64,000 bases of DNA from Proteromonas lacertae. Lineage: Eukaryota. The DNA lies in contig NGBS01000597.1 in NCBI GenBank assembly GCA_002245135.1, forward strand, positions 1-64,000. Reading direction: 5' to 3'. Of this stretch, positions 13,236 through 27,576 are shown piece after piece. The notes beneath the pieces were generated by a model. That model was given only the letters and a program-made list of their open reading frames with translations. It was not told where the DNA came from and did not search any database. How positions within the stretch are numbered: position 1 is the first letter of the stretch; each line of letters starts with the position of its first letter. A program made the translations under genes and the position numbers.

Positions 13236-16200
13236 TTATGCAATACTGGATCTTGGTGTTATTCCTCCATCAATAGTAGACTATATAAATAAAATATATA
13301 AATATACAACAGATCTAGATTTATCTAAGAATCTTCTACTCAATGCAGCTGCTTCAGCATCTAGTCGAATAGCTTCAGATATATCACCTCTTTGTTCACT
13401 TTTACTAGCTGATATAACATTACTTTCATCCAACAACATATTCTTCAATGTAGATAAATCCATCGATGGTCTTTTGTTAATACTCTTATTTTTAGCTTTT
13501 TCATATCCACTTAACTTCATCTCTAATTCTCTAACTTTCTCTTTGTAATTTTGTACTTTCTCTTTTTCATTATTTAATGATGTCTTATATTTATCCACTT
13601 CTGATGTTAATCTTGTCATTTCTCTTGAAACTTCCTCTCTCTTCAAATTCTCTTCTTGATCTTCTTTCTCTGACTGTTTCTTTAACTTATTCAATTCTTT
13701 AGTTAACTTCTTTTCATTTTCTTCACCTCTCTTTATTTTATCAGACATTGAATTAATTTCACTTTCAAATTTCATTTCTAATGTTTTCATTGCATTATCA
13801 TGTTGTAAATCCATTTCTTTTATCTTATTTTCATAAAACATCACTTTATCACTCTTAAATTTTTCAAATTCACTTTGTATCTTTGTTTTTTCATCTTGAA
13901 GTATTCTTAATTGGTTTTGTAACTCGTTTATCTTTCTATTTGATTCATTATATAATTCTTCATATTTCTCTTTATCTTTCTGCAACTTTTCATAATTATC
14001 CTTCAATAATTTCATTTCACTTTTAATTGATGCTAATTCTGAATCTTTATCTTGTAATTCAGCTTTTAATTCTTTATTTTTTTGCTTTTTCTTTTCCAAT
14101 TTTTCATCATAATCTTTTGTTAGTTGACTTGATACATCCTTTTTCATATTTTCAACAGAATTCATAAATTCGTTTAATAATGTGGGTATTCCTTCTGTTG
14201 TTATCTTTGATGGATCTGATAATAACTTCTTTGTCTTTTCAGATATTGGCAAATTATTAGCAATGATTGAACTTAATCCTTTAATGTTATTATCAGTGAT
14301 GATTTTACTTTTTTCTAATTTTTGGACATTTTCAAATAATTCATTCCTATAATTTCATATTAATAATTATTATATACTTTTCACCTTCAATTTCTTTCAC
14401 ATTATCACTTAATTCCTCTATCTCTTTAGTTTGCTTTTCAACTTTTTCACTTAACTGTGATCTTTCAGTATCTAATTTTTGTACTTGACTCTTCAATTCT
14501 TCTACATTATTTGTCAATTTATTCTTTTCTTCACTTACACCTTTCAATTCATATTCTTTTTTGACTAAATCATTCTAATCATAAGATAAATATAATCATA
14601 TATATATACTTTAACTTCCTCCGCTTTTTGTTTTACCTCTTTCAAATCATTTGTCAAATTCTGTATTACTTCTTCATTCTTCTTTGTTGTATCTTGTAAT
14701 TGATTCTTTAATATACTATTTTCATGTTCAGTGTTTTGTAATTGCACTTTAACTCCTTCTAATTGTATTGAATAATCCTGCTTTGTTTGTTTATCTTTCT
14801 ATTAATAATATAAATTAAAATGTATAAATACTGTTTGATATAGTTGAACTATTGACTTATAGAATGATCCTTCTGGATTTAGCTCCTTTCTAAATGCATC
14901 TATTTGCTGTTGTATTGTTGTTTTCATATTATCACAACATGTTTTTAAACTCTTTAAGTTTATATTAATACTATAACTACTATTCTTTATCATATTACTC
15001 TGTTGAACCTTATTAGCTTGAATATTATCCAACTGACTTTGTAATTCTGATATTTTATTACCATAATTATTAATCACATTTTCATTATCACTCAATTTAT
15101 TTTTATATGCACTTTCATTCTGTTGAAGTTGTTTTGCTTCATCCCTCAATGTATTGAACTTACTTTCTGCCATTTTCAATCTACTTGATAAATCTTCAAT
15201 GATTCTACTTTGATCACCTACTTGTCTTTCCAATGTATTATGAATTTGATTTTGTTCTAATTGATGCTGACCTTCTATCTCTTGTTTTATTGATTCTATT
15301 TCATTGTTATGCCTTTCTTGTAACTTCTTTATTTCTGTATCTAATACTTTTTTCACTATTGGATTGGATGGATTTGTCATATCTTGTTTTATTGATGATA
15401 ATTCATTAGATAGTTCTTCAACTTCAGATTCTAAGTATCTGATTTTTTCATTTGCTTTTTTATCTTTTATTGTCAATTCTTGGATTTGAGAGTCTTTAGT
15501 TTCAACTAAATTCTCTTTCTCTTTTTCAACTTCATTGATTTCTTCATGTAATTGTTGAATTTTTTGATTTGTTTTTAATTTATATTGTTCAATATCTGAT
15601 CCTTCAGTTGTTATATCTCTTAATATTGTATCTTGTTTCAATTTCATTTCTGCTAAATCATTATACCTTCCAGTCATAGTTTTCATCTGATTTGCTGCGT
15701 ATGAATAATTCTGATCCAGTTGATTATATCTATGTTGTATATCTCTATATTTCTCTTTCAATCTATCATATTTCTTTGAAAATATCAGTGTTTGTTCAGC
15801 TAATCTTACAGTCAAATCTTTTATTTGGTTTTGATATTTCAATGCTTCTGTTTCTGTGGCATTATCTATTCTTATTTTGATATTATTGTATTTGTCATGA
15901 ATTATTCTATAATCACTTACTAATTTGTTATATTGATCTTTTAACTAATAAATTAATAAATTATACAGAATAAATACATTACGAATTTTCATATTTTTAG
16001 CTTGAATTGTATCATCATACTCCTTTTGCTGTTGATTACTATTGATAATATTATTATATTAATTAATACATCATATCAACTAATTGTTTTCTTTCCTCAG
16101 TTAATAATACAATCGCCTGTTCTACATCACTTTTATATTCATCAGTATTATATTTTAAATGACTTATATTATCTCTATACTTTTGACGATCTTGTAAAAT

Positions 16201-16940
16201 TAACTAATTAAATGATTAAAATGATTTGAATAATACCTTTTCATAATATGACTTGATTTTTGTGATTTGCACATCCATATTGTGAAAAGAATTATTTATT
16301 GGTGTTATTTGTTGTTGCTGTTGCTGTCTTGATGGTGATTGTATGGTTAGGGATGTTGAAACTGTTGGATCTACTGATTCGTTTAAATCCACTTCACTAT
16401 TACGTTTTTTTATAGATGATCTAATAGATTCATCCTTTACAATATTATAATGAATTAAATTATACTGTTCTAGATGTTCTTCTCTCTGATTTGTCTTTCA
16501 TTTGAGTTAATTCAAGTAAATTCTTTATTTCATCTTTGTATGCTTTTACTTCTTTATGTTGAGATTGTAATTTACTTGTTAGAATAGTTAATTGATTTGT
16601 CAGTTCTTGGTAAGTTTGTTCTCTTTCAGAATTAATATTAGTGACCAATATTTCATGTATTCTATCAAACACAAATTGTCTAGACTCTGGATCCAACTGC
16701 ATCTGAGCTATTGTACTATCAGACAATATTGATCTTAGAGTAATCTCCATCTAATCATAATATAATTATTGAAAATACTTGTTGCGATAATTGTTGTATT
16801 CTTAAATCAAATAATTGCCTTAGAGACTGTAATCTTTGGTTGAATTCATTTTCTAACTCTTTTTTGGATATTTTTGAGTGTTGACTGGCGTGAGTTGACG
16901 CTGAGTCAATGGAAGACACACTTAATGTGTCTGAATTCAT
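13236..16940 (-). CDS. Large coiled-coil protein (multi-exon)
   Basis: Successive E/K/Q/L heptad-rich ORFs from 16755..16940 to 13281..14252 joined by short introns; last exon ends PRSSIA* at 13236. Confidence 0.75.
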
Positions 16941-17191
16941 TCTTTAATTCACTTTAAATCAAGTTTAAAAATATATTAACGGTTAGTTTTGATTGTATAT
17001 TTAAAGTGTTTATAATAGTAGTTTGAAATTGTAAAATATGATTAAAGTAATCATTACGAAATGTTCACATGAGGGTGAGATATTATATTGATTTTATTTT
17101 CTTATTCGATACAGTTTATGATAATTTGTCTGAATAAAACCAAATAAACAAAAATCGAAGAGGAATAAGAAAGATTAAGAATAAAAATAAT

Positions 17192-20100
17192 CTATTTATT
17201 TCCTCCTAAATTTGATTGGAATATAATATTGAGTTTAGAAGATACTGCAGTCTCCTGTAATTCTATCTTTACAGTCTCCTTGGTATCCATACTTTGAAGA
17301 AGATACTAATCTAATTTCTGATCCTTTTTGACTACACACTAAACCAGTTGGTAGATTTCTAGATTCCCAACTTTCATTTATACATTCTTGATATCCACTT
17401 CCGCATGAACATTCACTAATACATCTCTTATTACCTGTAGTACAATGAGTTGGTTGTTCTGGAGCATAAATCAATGTTGGTAATACTGTTGGATTTGCTA
17501 CACATGGACAATTACCAGTGATTCTTCCTTCACATAAACCTACAGATCCATAATGTGGACAGCCATATACTGATTCAATACAAGTGGAATTGTATTGACG
17601 ACAGATTGTACCAGCAGCTAATTCTCTAACAGCAAATTGACCATTTACACATTCATAATAACCACTTCCACAACCACATTCTTGTACACATAATTGTTCA
17701 CCGTGATTACATGATGGAACTGGAGTACCAATAATTACTGTTGGATATGTTGGTGGTACTGTTGGTCTAACTGTTGGTGGATAAGTAGCTGGTCTGGTTG
17801 GTTTGTATGTTGGTCTTACAGTTGGAACATAAGTTGGAATATAGACTGGTGGAGCTGTTGGTTTAACGGTTGGTCTTACAGTTGGGATTATTGTTGGAAC
17901 TACATTTCTGCATGGACATTGACCTACTATTCTTCCTTCACAAACACCAGCTTCTCCATATTCTTCACAACTAAAAGCTAAATTAATTTCAGTTCCATTT
18001 TGAGCACAAACAGTTCCAGCTGGCAATGGTCTTTCAACCCAACTACCTTGACTACATTCATAATATCCTTTTCCACATTCGCATTGACTTTCACAGAATT
18101 GTTCACCATCTCTACAATAACCCAATGGTAATGTTGGAGTTGGAGTATGAGTTGGACTTATACCACATCCACAGTTTCCTGATATTTTTCCTTCACAGAA
18201 TGGTTGAGCACCATTTTCTTTACATCCAAATTCTACTGAGATTTCAGTTCCGTTTTGAGCACATACAGTTCCAACTATATTAATATATTATAATTAATAT
18301 TTATTATACATGGTAATATTCTAGCTTCCCAAGCATGATTTACACATTCATAATAATTACCTTCACAATTACATTGTTCAGAACATAATTGATTTCCATC
18401 TACGCATGGTTGATTGATACTTGTTGGAATTACATTTCCTGTTGGCATTAATGTTGGTACAATCTTACAATTGCAATTTCCTCTTACATGACCAGTACAT
18501 AAACCTGCTGAACCTGCTTCTGGACATGAGAATTCTACTATAATTTCAGTTGCATTTTGAGCACATACAGTTCCGACTATAATATAAATAATATATATAT
18601 ACCTGGTAAATCTCTGTATAACCATCCACCGTTTACACATTCATAATAACCTTCATCACATTCACATTGAGATGAACAAAATTGTTGACCTTCAACACAT
18701 GGTGAAGCAATGACTGGTGGTGCATTTGTTGGAGCTTTAGTTGTTGGTCTCATAGTGGTTGGAATTCTTGTGGTTGGTCTCATGGTTGTTGGAACAATAC
18801 AATGACATTCACCTCTTACATTATTTCTACATTTTCCCATATCACCTAATTCTGGACATGAAAATACTGTGTAGATATTTGAACCATTTTGAGCACATAC
18901 TACACCTGGTGGAATATGTAAACTAACCCATTGGCCATCAACACATTGATAATATCCTGAACCACATTCACATTCATTTATACATTTTTGTTCTCCATCT
19001 GTGCAAATTCTTGGTTTTTGAGTTGTTGCAATAATAGTTGGTCTAATTGTTGGAATATAAGTTGCTGGATTTTCACAATTACATGTTCCACTTACACGAC
19101 CTTTACATTGAGCTTGAGAACCTCTTTCTGGGCAAGCAAAAGCTGAAGCGACTAAACTACCATTTTGAGCACAGACAGTTCCAGCTGGCATAGCAATTAA
19201 TACCCATTGACCTTGAGTGCATTGATAATAACCTTCACCACATTGACATTCAGCTACACACTTTTGTAATCCTTCAACACATGTTACTACAGTTGGACGA
19301 GGTGTTGGTGGTACAGTTCTTACTACTGTTGGTGGATAAGTTGGACGAATATTTGGTAATGGAGTTGTTGGCATCATACAATTACAAATACCAGCTACAT
19401 GACCAGTACATCTTCCTTGAGAACCTCTTTCTGGACAAGCATAGTCTAATTCAACAGTTCCTGATGAGTTTTGAGCACACACAGTTCCTGCTGGTAATTC
19501 CATTAATTTCCATTGACCTTGAGTGCATTGATAATATCCTTCACCACAAATACATTCAGCTACACATCTTTGTAAACCTTCTACACATGTTTTGTATGTT
19601 GGACGAGGAGTTGGTGCTGGAGTTTTAATGATTGTTGGTGGGAATGTTGCTTGAATTGTTGGAGCAGCAGTTGTTGGAATTATACATCCACATTCACCTT
19701 TAACACGACCTATACATTTTCCTTGACTTCCATTTTCTGGACAAGCAAATTGACTACATATAGATGTTCCATTTTGAGCACATACAGTTCCAGCAGCCAT
19801 TTGATGGAATACCCATTCACCTTGAGTGCATTGGTAATAACCTTCACCACATATACATTCAGCTACACATCTTTGTAATCCTTCGACACAAGTAACAATG
19901 GTTGGTTTGGGGGTTGGTGGGATTGTACGAATAATTGTTGGTGGTAAAGTTGGCTTTGGAGTTGGTGGTCTTGTTGTTGGTGGTAATGTTGGTGGTAATG
20001 TTGGAGCAGCAGTTGGTTTAAGTGTTGGTTGTACACATCCGCAATTTCCTGATACTCTTCCTTCACATACACCACATTCACCTAATTCTGGACAAGCAAA

Positions 20101-23100
20101 TACTAATTCAATTCCTGTTGTGTTACATTGAGAACAGATTGTTCCAGCAGGTAATTCTTTATCACACCATACACCATCTACACATTCTCTATATCCTGAA
20201 CCACATTGACATTCATTTTTACACATTCTAGCACCATTTGTACATGTTTCTACTACACCACCTCCACTACAATCACAATCACCAGTGATTAATCCTTCAC
20301 ATTTTCCACAATTACCATTTTCTGGACAAGCTGATACTTGTTCAATAGCACGAGGTTGTACTTGAGCACAAACAGTTCCTGCAGCTAATTGTTTAATAAT
20401 CCAATGACCATTTACACATTCTCTATAACCTCTACCACATCTACATTCATCAACACATTTTTGAGTTCCATCAATACAGTCAGCAACATCATCTAATCTT
20501 CGGCTATGACTAACTGATTGTTGACTAGCACAAGGACAAGTACCATGTACTTTACCTTCACATCCACCTAATTCACCAAATTCTGGACAAGCATATACTT
20601 GTTCAATAGCTGTACTATTGTATTGAGAACAGATTAAACCACTTACTAAAGGTCTATTTAACCACATACCATTAACACATTCTAAATAACCATCTCCACA
20701 TTCACACTCACTTACACATCTTTGAGTTCCTTCTCTACATCTTCCATTGTTAGTTGGAGTTTCGGTTGGTTTAATTGTTGGTTTAACAGTTGTTGGAACA
20801 ACAGTTGGTAATCCTGTTGTTGGATCTACTACTGGAATTTGAGTTGTTGGAATATCAGTAACAGGTAAACCAGTTGTTGGATCTACTTCTTGATAAGTTG
20901 GGATAATACAATTACATTTACCATTGATTCTACCTTCACATCTCTTAGCTTCACCATAATAAGGACAACTAAATTCAGCAATTATATCAGTATAGTTTTG
21001 TGAACAAATTGTACCTTCTGGCATTGGTCTTACAATCCATCTATTATTCACGCATTCATAATAACCAGCACCGCATTCACATTCACTTACACAGATTTCA
21101 ATACCAGTTACACATTCATTTGGAACACTTCCTGTTGGATGGAATGTTGGAACAACTGTAGCTTCACCAGTTGGAGTAATTGTTGGGATTAATGTTGGGA
21201 TTACAGTTGGAATATATGTTGGTGGAACATTATCACATTTACAATCACCGAATAAATGATCATTACATCTACCTGCATCACCATATACTGGACAACTAAA
21301 TTCAATCAAAATGTAACTACCATTTTGAGCACAAACAGTTCCTTCTGGCATTGGTCTTAACATCCAATCTCCATTGACACATTCATAATATCCTTTACCA
21401 CATTCACATTGACTAGCACATAATTCTTCACCTTCCATACATATTGCAGTTGGTTGTATTGTTGATGGAATTCTTGTTGTTGGTCTCATTGTTGTTGGAC
21501 GAAATTCAGTTGGACGAATTGTTGTTGGTCTCATTGTGGTTGGACGAAATTCAGTTGGACGAATTGTTGTTGGTCTCATTGTTGGTTGGACGAAATTCAG
21601 TTGGACGAATTGTTGTTGGTCTCATTGTGGTTGGACGAAATTCAGTTGGACGAATTGTTGTTGGTCTCATTGTGGTTGGACGAAATTCAGTTGGACGAAT
21701 TGTTGTTGGTCTCATTGTGGTTGGAATTCTGGTAGTTGGTCTTACAGTTGTTGTTGGACATTTACAATCACCATTTACTCTATCTCTACAGATTTCAGCC
21801 TCACCATATTCAGGACAACCAAATTCAATTGTAATTTGAGTTCCATTTTGACCACAAACTGTTCCTGTTGGTAATGGTCTAATTTCATAATAACCATTAT
21901 CTACACATTCATAATAACCTTTTTCACATTCACATTCACTTAAACAGTATTGTTCACCTACAACACATGGTTGATGTGGAGGAAAAGGAGTACGAATATT
22001 TTGATCATGAGTTGGTCTAATTGTTGTTGGTCTCATTGTAGTTGGATATGATGGATTTCCTGTTGGGTATACATTCCTTGTAGGTCTCATTGTTGTTGGT
22101 CTCATTGTGGTTGGAATTCTGGTAGTTGGTCTTACAGTTGCTGTTTGACATTTACAATCACCTTCTATTCTATCTCTACAGATTTCAGCTTCACCATTTT
22201 CAGAACATCCAAATTCAATGGATATCATGGTGTTGTTTTGACCACAAACTGTTCCTGTTGGCATTGGTCTTACTACCCATCTACGATCAACACATTCAAA
22301 ATATCCAGCTCCACATTCACATTCTTTCACACAAATTTGAAGACCTTCTTGACATTCATTTGGAACACTTCCGGTTGGTACTAATGTTGGGACATATGTA
22401 GCTTCGCCAGTTGGAGTAATAGTTGGAACAAATGTTGGAATTACAGTTGGATTATATGTTGGTGGGATATTTTCACATCTACATCTTCCGAATATTTTAT
22501 TTTTACATAATTCAGCTTCACCATTGTTTTCACAAGCAAATTCTAATTTTATTGATGTTCCATTTTGTCCACAAACAGTTCCTTGAGGTAATTCACGATG
22601 AATCCAATCTCCTCTTACACATTCATAGTAACCAGCACCACATTCACATTGACTATCGCAGAATTGTTCACCTTCATAACACATATCATTTGGTCTTTGT
22701 CTTGTTGGATTTACATTTCTTGTTGGTCTCATTGTGGTTGGATATAATGGATCTCTAGTTGGATATTGATTTCTTGTTGGTTGGTAAGTTCCAGTTGGTT
22801 GATAATTTCCAGTTGGATTAGCACTATTGCATCTACATTGTCCATGAGTACGACCAGCACAATTCAATTGATCACCATGTTCGGGACATTCATGAGCCAT
22901 CATTATTTCATTTCCATGTTGAGAACATACTGTTCCTTCAGGTAATTCTCTTAATAACCAAGTGTTAAATACACATTCATAATAGCCACTTCCACATTCA
23001 CATTCACTAGCACAGATCATGTCTCCATGAGAACATGGACCTGGGAATTCAGTTGGATATGGACCATTTGTTGGAACAATAGTTGGTAATATAGTTGGTG

Positions 23101-25969
23101 GTCTTCTTGTTGAAGTTGGTGCTACTGTTGGAATCATTGTAGATGGTCTTCTTGTTGGATTTCTTGTTGGACTAACACGACAAGAACATTGTCCATAAAC
23201 TTGACCAGCACATGGACCATCGTTTGGAATATCTTCATCAAGACAGGCAAAATCAACAAATATACTTGTACCATTTTGATAACATACTGTTGAAGTTGGT
23301 AATGGTCTTAAAATATAATCACCATGAACACATTCATAATATCCTTTATTACATTCACATTGAGATGAACATATTTGATGACCTTCAACACAACGAGCTG
23401 TTGGATTGACTGAAGTTGGTCTCATGGTAGTTGGTCTTCATCGTTGTATGGTAATTTCACAATTACATTCACCATCAATTCTATCTTTACATATTTTTGC
23501 TTCACCATATTCAATACATCCAAATTCTAAGTTAATTTCTGTTCCATTTTGTCCACAAACTGTTCCTTGAGGTAATTCACGATGAATCCATTGACCACTT
23601 ACACATTCATAATAGCCAGTTCCACATTCACATTGACTTTCACAAAATTGTTCACCATCTATACATGTATTTGGAGCTGTTGGTACAATTGTTGGAGTAA
23701 GAACAGTTGGAGCTGTTGGATTGTTTGTTGGTAAACCAGTTGGAGCAATATTACAGTTACATTCACCATATACTTTATCTTTACATATTTTTGCTTCACC
23801 ATATTCAATACATCCAAATTCTAAGTTAATTTCTGTTCCATTTTGTCCACAAACTGTTCCTTGAGGTAATTCACGATGGAGCCATTGACCACTTACACAT
23901 TCATAATAACCATTTCCACATTCACATTGACTTTCACAGAATTGTTCACCTTCAACACAGAAAGCTCCAAAATCATCAGTTGGACGGACTCCTGGAGTTC
24001 CTGGATAGGCAGTTGTTGGTATATCTCTACAACGACAATCACCTACAATACGATTCATACATTTATTAGATTCTCCAGGTTCTGGACATCCCATCTCTAT
24101 TTTAATTGATGTTTCATTTTGAGCACAAACTGTTCCAGTTGGAATTTCGTGTAAAACCCATTGGTTTTCATTACATTCATAATAACCATTTCCACATTCA
24201 CATTCACTTATACATCTTTGATCTCCTTGTTTACAAATTTCTGTAGGTCTCATTGTTGTTGGACTAACAGTGGTTGGTCTCATTGTTGTTGGTCTTTCAG
24301 TTGTTGGACGAACAGTTGTTGGACGAACAGTTGTTGGTCTTACAGTGGTTGGAATACTTGTTGTTGGACGAATTGTTGTTGGACGAACAGTGGTTGGTCT
24401 CATTGTTGTTGGTCTTTCAGTTGTTGGACGAACAGTTGTTGGACGAACAGTTGTTGGAATACTTGTTGTTGGACGAACAGTTGTTGGACGAACAGTTGTT
24501 GGACGAACAGTTGTTGGAATACTTGTTGTTGGACGAACAGTTGTTGGAATACTTGTTGTTGGACGAACAGTTGTTGGAATACTTGTTGTTGGAATACTTG
24601 GAACAGTTGTTGGACGAACAGTTGTTGGAATACTTGTTGTTGGACGAACAGTTGTTGGAATACTTGTTGTTGGAATACTTGTTGTTGGACGAACAGTTGT
24701 TGGACGAACAGTTGTTGGAATACTTGTTGTTGGAATACTTGTTGTTGGACGAACAGTTGTTGGACGAACAGTTGTTGGACGAACAGTTGTTGGAATACTT
24801 GTTGTTGGACGAACAGTTGTTGGAATACTTGTTGTTGGAATACTTGTTGTTGGACGAACAGTTGTTGGAATACTTATAGTTGTTGGACGAACAGTTGTTG
24901 GAATACTTGTTGTTGGAATACTTGTTGTTGGACGAACAGTTGTTGGACGAACAGTTGTTGGAATACTTGTTGTTGGACGAACAGTTGTTGGAATACTTGT
25001 TGTTGGAATACTTGTTGTTGGACGAACAGTTGTTGGACGAACAGTTGTTGGACGAACAGTTGTTGGTCTTACAGTTGTTGGAATACTTGTTGTTGGACTT
25101 ATTGTTGTTGGAATTCCAGTTGTTGGATAAGCTGTTGTTGGATATACATCACATAAACAATCACCAGTTACACGATTTTCACATGGACCAGATTCACCAA
25201 TTTCAGAACAACCAGAAACTAACAATATTCTCGTACTATTTTGTGAGCATACAGTTTTTGATGGAATTGAGACACTTATCCATTCATTATTTGAACATAC
25301 TTCAAATCCAGATTGACAACCACATTCATTCAAACATCTTTGTTCATTATCGGTACATTCAGCTAATGCACGATCTCCACATGTGCAATGACCATTGAAA
25401 CGATTGGCACATTTACCTTGTTGATTACCACAGGGAGTAACAAAGGATACTCTATTTTCTGTTTCTTGACTAGCATACAAAACCTTCTATATAACGATAA
25501 TAACTAATAAAATACTAGGAGCAGTTCTAAATTCAAGATAACCCTTTCTATTACAGAAAGAATAACCAGAATAACAATTACATTCGTCAATACATTGTTC
25601 TTGACCTTTATTCTGACATGGGATTTTATTGCAGTGTTTCTTATTGCATTTAAGATCCTTGCTATTGACATGTAATATTTTAGCTGAACCATCTTTATTG
25701 GACATACAAACATGATCAACTAGTTAAAATAGATAAATGAAGACTTAAGTATATTTATAAATACTTGGAATATCACCATGAATCCATTCACCATTTGAAC
25801 ATACTAAAACTCCCTTTCCACATTCACAAGATGCTTCACACTTCATCTCACCATCAACACATCTTGCTTCCTTCTTAGAAAATAAACCAAACATCTCACC
25901 AATTCTTAAGTTATCACATAATGCAAAGCTTAAGAAAAAAACTACACAAAGTAGAAGTGATTTCTTCAT
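17192..25969 (-). CDS. Giant secreted Cys-rich / Pro-Thr mucin-like protein (copy A), about 25 tandem 10-Cys CBM19-like modules
   Basis: Signal peptide MKKSLLLCVVFFLSFALC. Repeated C-x-EG-x-Q-x-C-x3-CECG-x-GYYEC-x-G-x-W...LP-x-GTVC-x-QN...C...C...G-x-C-x-C modules with PT spacers. Introns 25720-25764, 25487-25515, 18577-18602, 18275-18309 and a terminal one; apparent indels at ~25472, ~23440 and ~21580. No TM seen. Confidence 0.85.
21470..21760 (-). repeat. Coding 45 bp repeat (PTTMR-PTTIR-PTEFR)
   Basis: Tandem units visible directly. Confidence 0.85.
24244..25130 (-). repeat. Coding 15 bp minisatellite with PTTVR / PTTSI / PTTMR units
   Basis: Tandem TGTTGGACGAACAGT and TGTTGGAATACTTGT units on the + strand. 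Confidence 0.92.
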
Positions 25970-26121
25970 TCTTCAACTAAACAACAATATATTCAATAAA
26001 TCAATAAGATACAATTGAAAATAAAAACTAGAACTCGAAAAAAGGTAATAAAATTGCCTAAAATCCGAAGAAAATCCAAACTAAAGAGTATAAGAACACT
26101 CAAAGTTTAAGAATGTTTAAA

Positions 26122-26161
26122 TTCTTCGCATTCTGATTGGCTGGGAATTTTCTGCGAAGAA
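26122..26161. promoter_or_regulatory. CCAAT box (AGCCAATCAG on - strand, 26133-26142) flanked by 9 bp inverted repeat, in the divergent promoter of copy A and POP4
   Basis: Matches the NF-Y consensus; TTCTTCGCA...TGCGAAGAA flanks it; conserved upstream of copy B. Confidence 0.5.
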
Positions 26162-26200
26162 ATTACATTCTTTGACATATTGACATTACCTATTTTTGGA

Positions 26201-27465
26201 ATGAGTCAAAAAGATGTAATTGCAAACCTGGATAGTATATTTGGCAAAGCAAAAATAAAGAATAATCCAAGGACAACCCAATTCAAAGTGAAAGAAGTGA
26301 ATAATTCTTCTTCTTTAGACATTTCTAAAACAAAACCTAAATCTGTTGTACAAAAAAATGGATATAGTAATAGTAATGACAAACATTCTAGTTTTCAAAA
26401 AATACAAACAAAACTGTTAGATTCTTCAAACAGTCAAACAGGTGTATGTGCTCTAACGAAATCTACACAGAATACGGTAAAAGTAATATCTGTGACTCAA
26501 TTATCAAGGAGTAGTGATAAAAAACTCTCATCAATAAACAAATCCACTTCTTTATCTCAATCATCCTTAAAAATTACATCAGAAAAAGCAATTTCTCCAC
26601 CATTAAAGAAACCGAAATATGATAAACCCTATATCAATGAAATAACCTCTGATACTGACAAAAGTTTTGTAGATTATATTAATTCTAAACTTCCGTCATC
26701 CTTGACTCACAAAATAAACCCTGAGATAAATAACAATATTAATTCTAACGATTTAATCTCAATAATAATGAATACAAAAAGTAATAATCCATCTAAACAA
26801 GTATAATTATTATCTTAAAATATATATATATATAAATATAGTCATTGACTGAATGGGATAATAATAAGAGAAGAACTGTTCCTCTAATGAATACTCCAGG
26901 GAAACATATGAAAACAACAGAAAAGAGATTAAAGAATAGTAAAGAGAATTATATTCATAGTCACATTACACAAAAGACAAGTAAAAGAATGAATTTATAC
27001 ACAATCAAAGAAAATGATAAAGTAAATATGAACTATGAAGATTATATAGATATGTATAATTTGTGGTTAGAATATATCGTTCCATTAAAGAAATTATCAT
27101 CTTCAAGTATGTTATTACAACATTGTGAATTTCAAGGTGGAATGATTAAGATTTTAAGATCGAAAATTCCAAAGTTGATTGGTTTTGTTGGTATTATATT
27201 ACAAGAGACATGTAATACATTTATTGTGATTAGTGAGAATAATGAAGTTAAACAAATTGTCAAGAATAATCATGTTTTTGAATTGATTTTTGATAATCAG
27301 AGTATGTTGTTATATTATTATTATTATATAGAATCTATTATATTTTCTGGGTGTAATTTACATCGAGTTATGCCTGGATTGATTTCTTCTCAAGATAATT
27401 CAATTAAAAATAAAAAACATCAACACCAAAAGAGATGTACTCATCCTTTTTTGTATTTTAGTTAA
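26201..27465 (+). CDS. POP4: RNase P/MRP subunit p29
   Basis: MYNLWLEYI, CEFQGGMIKILRSKIPKLIGFVGIILQETCNTF..IVKNNHVF match the Pop4/Rpp29 pattern; intron 26801-26841. Confidence 0.82.
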
Positions 27466-27576
27466 GATTAAGTAAATTAATGTAATTGTTTATGTTGTAT
27501 GATTGTTCTTGATGATAGAAACAAAAATACACATAATACCAAATAATACACATTGTTGTTGTATTTGTCGTATTGA

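Noticed and set aside
17206..17245. U12-type intron (GTATCTTC donor)
   Set aside because: Does not match the GTATCCTT consensus and has no clear U12 branch site.
24244..25130. CRISPR-like array
   Set aside because: No unique spacers, in-frame coding, eukaryotic context, no cas genes.
24161..25398. Long + strand ORFs (WTNSC, VVGRT, LLDEQ repeats)
   Set aside because: Antisense frames of the PTT minisatellite.
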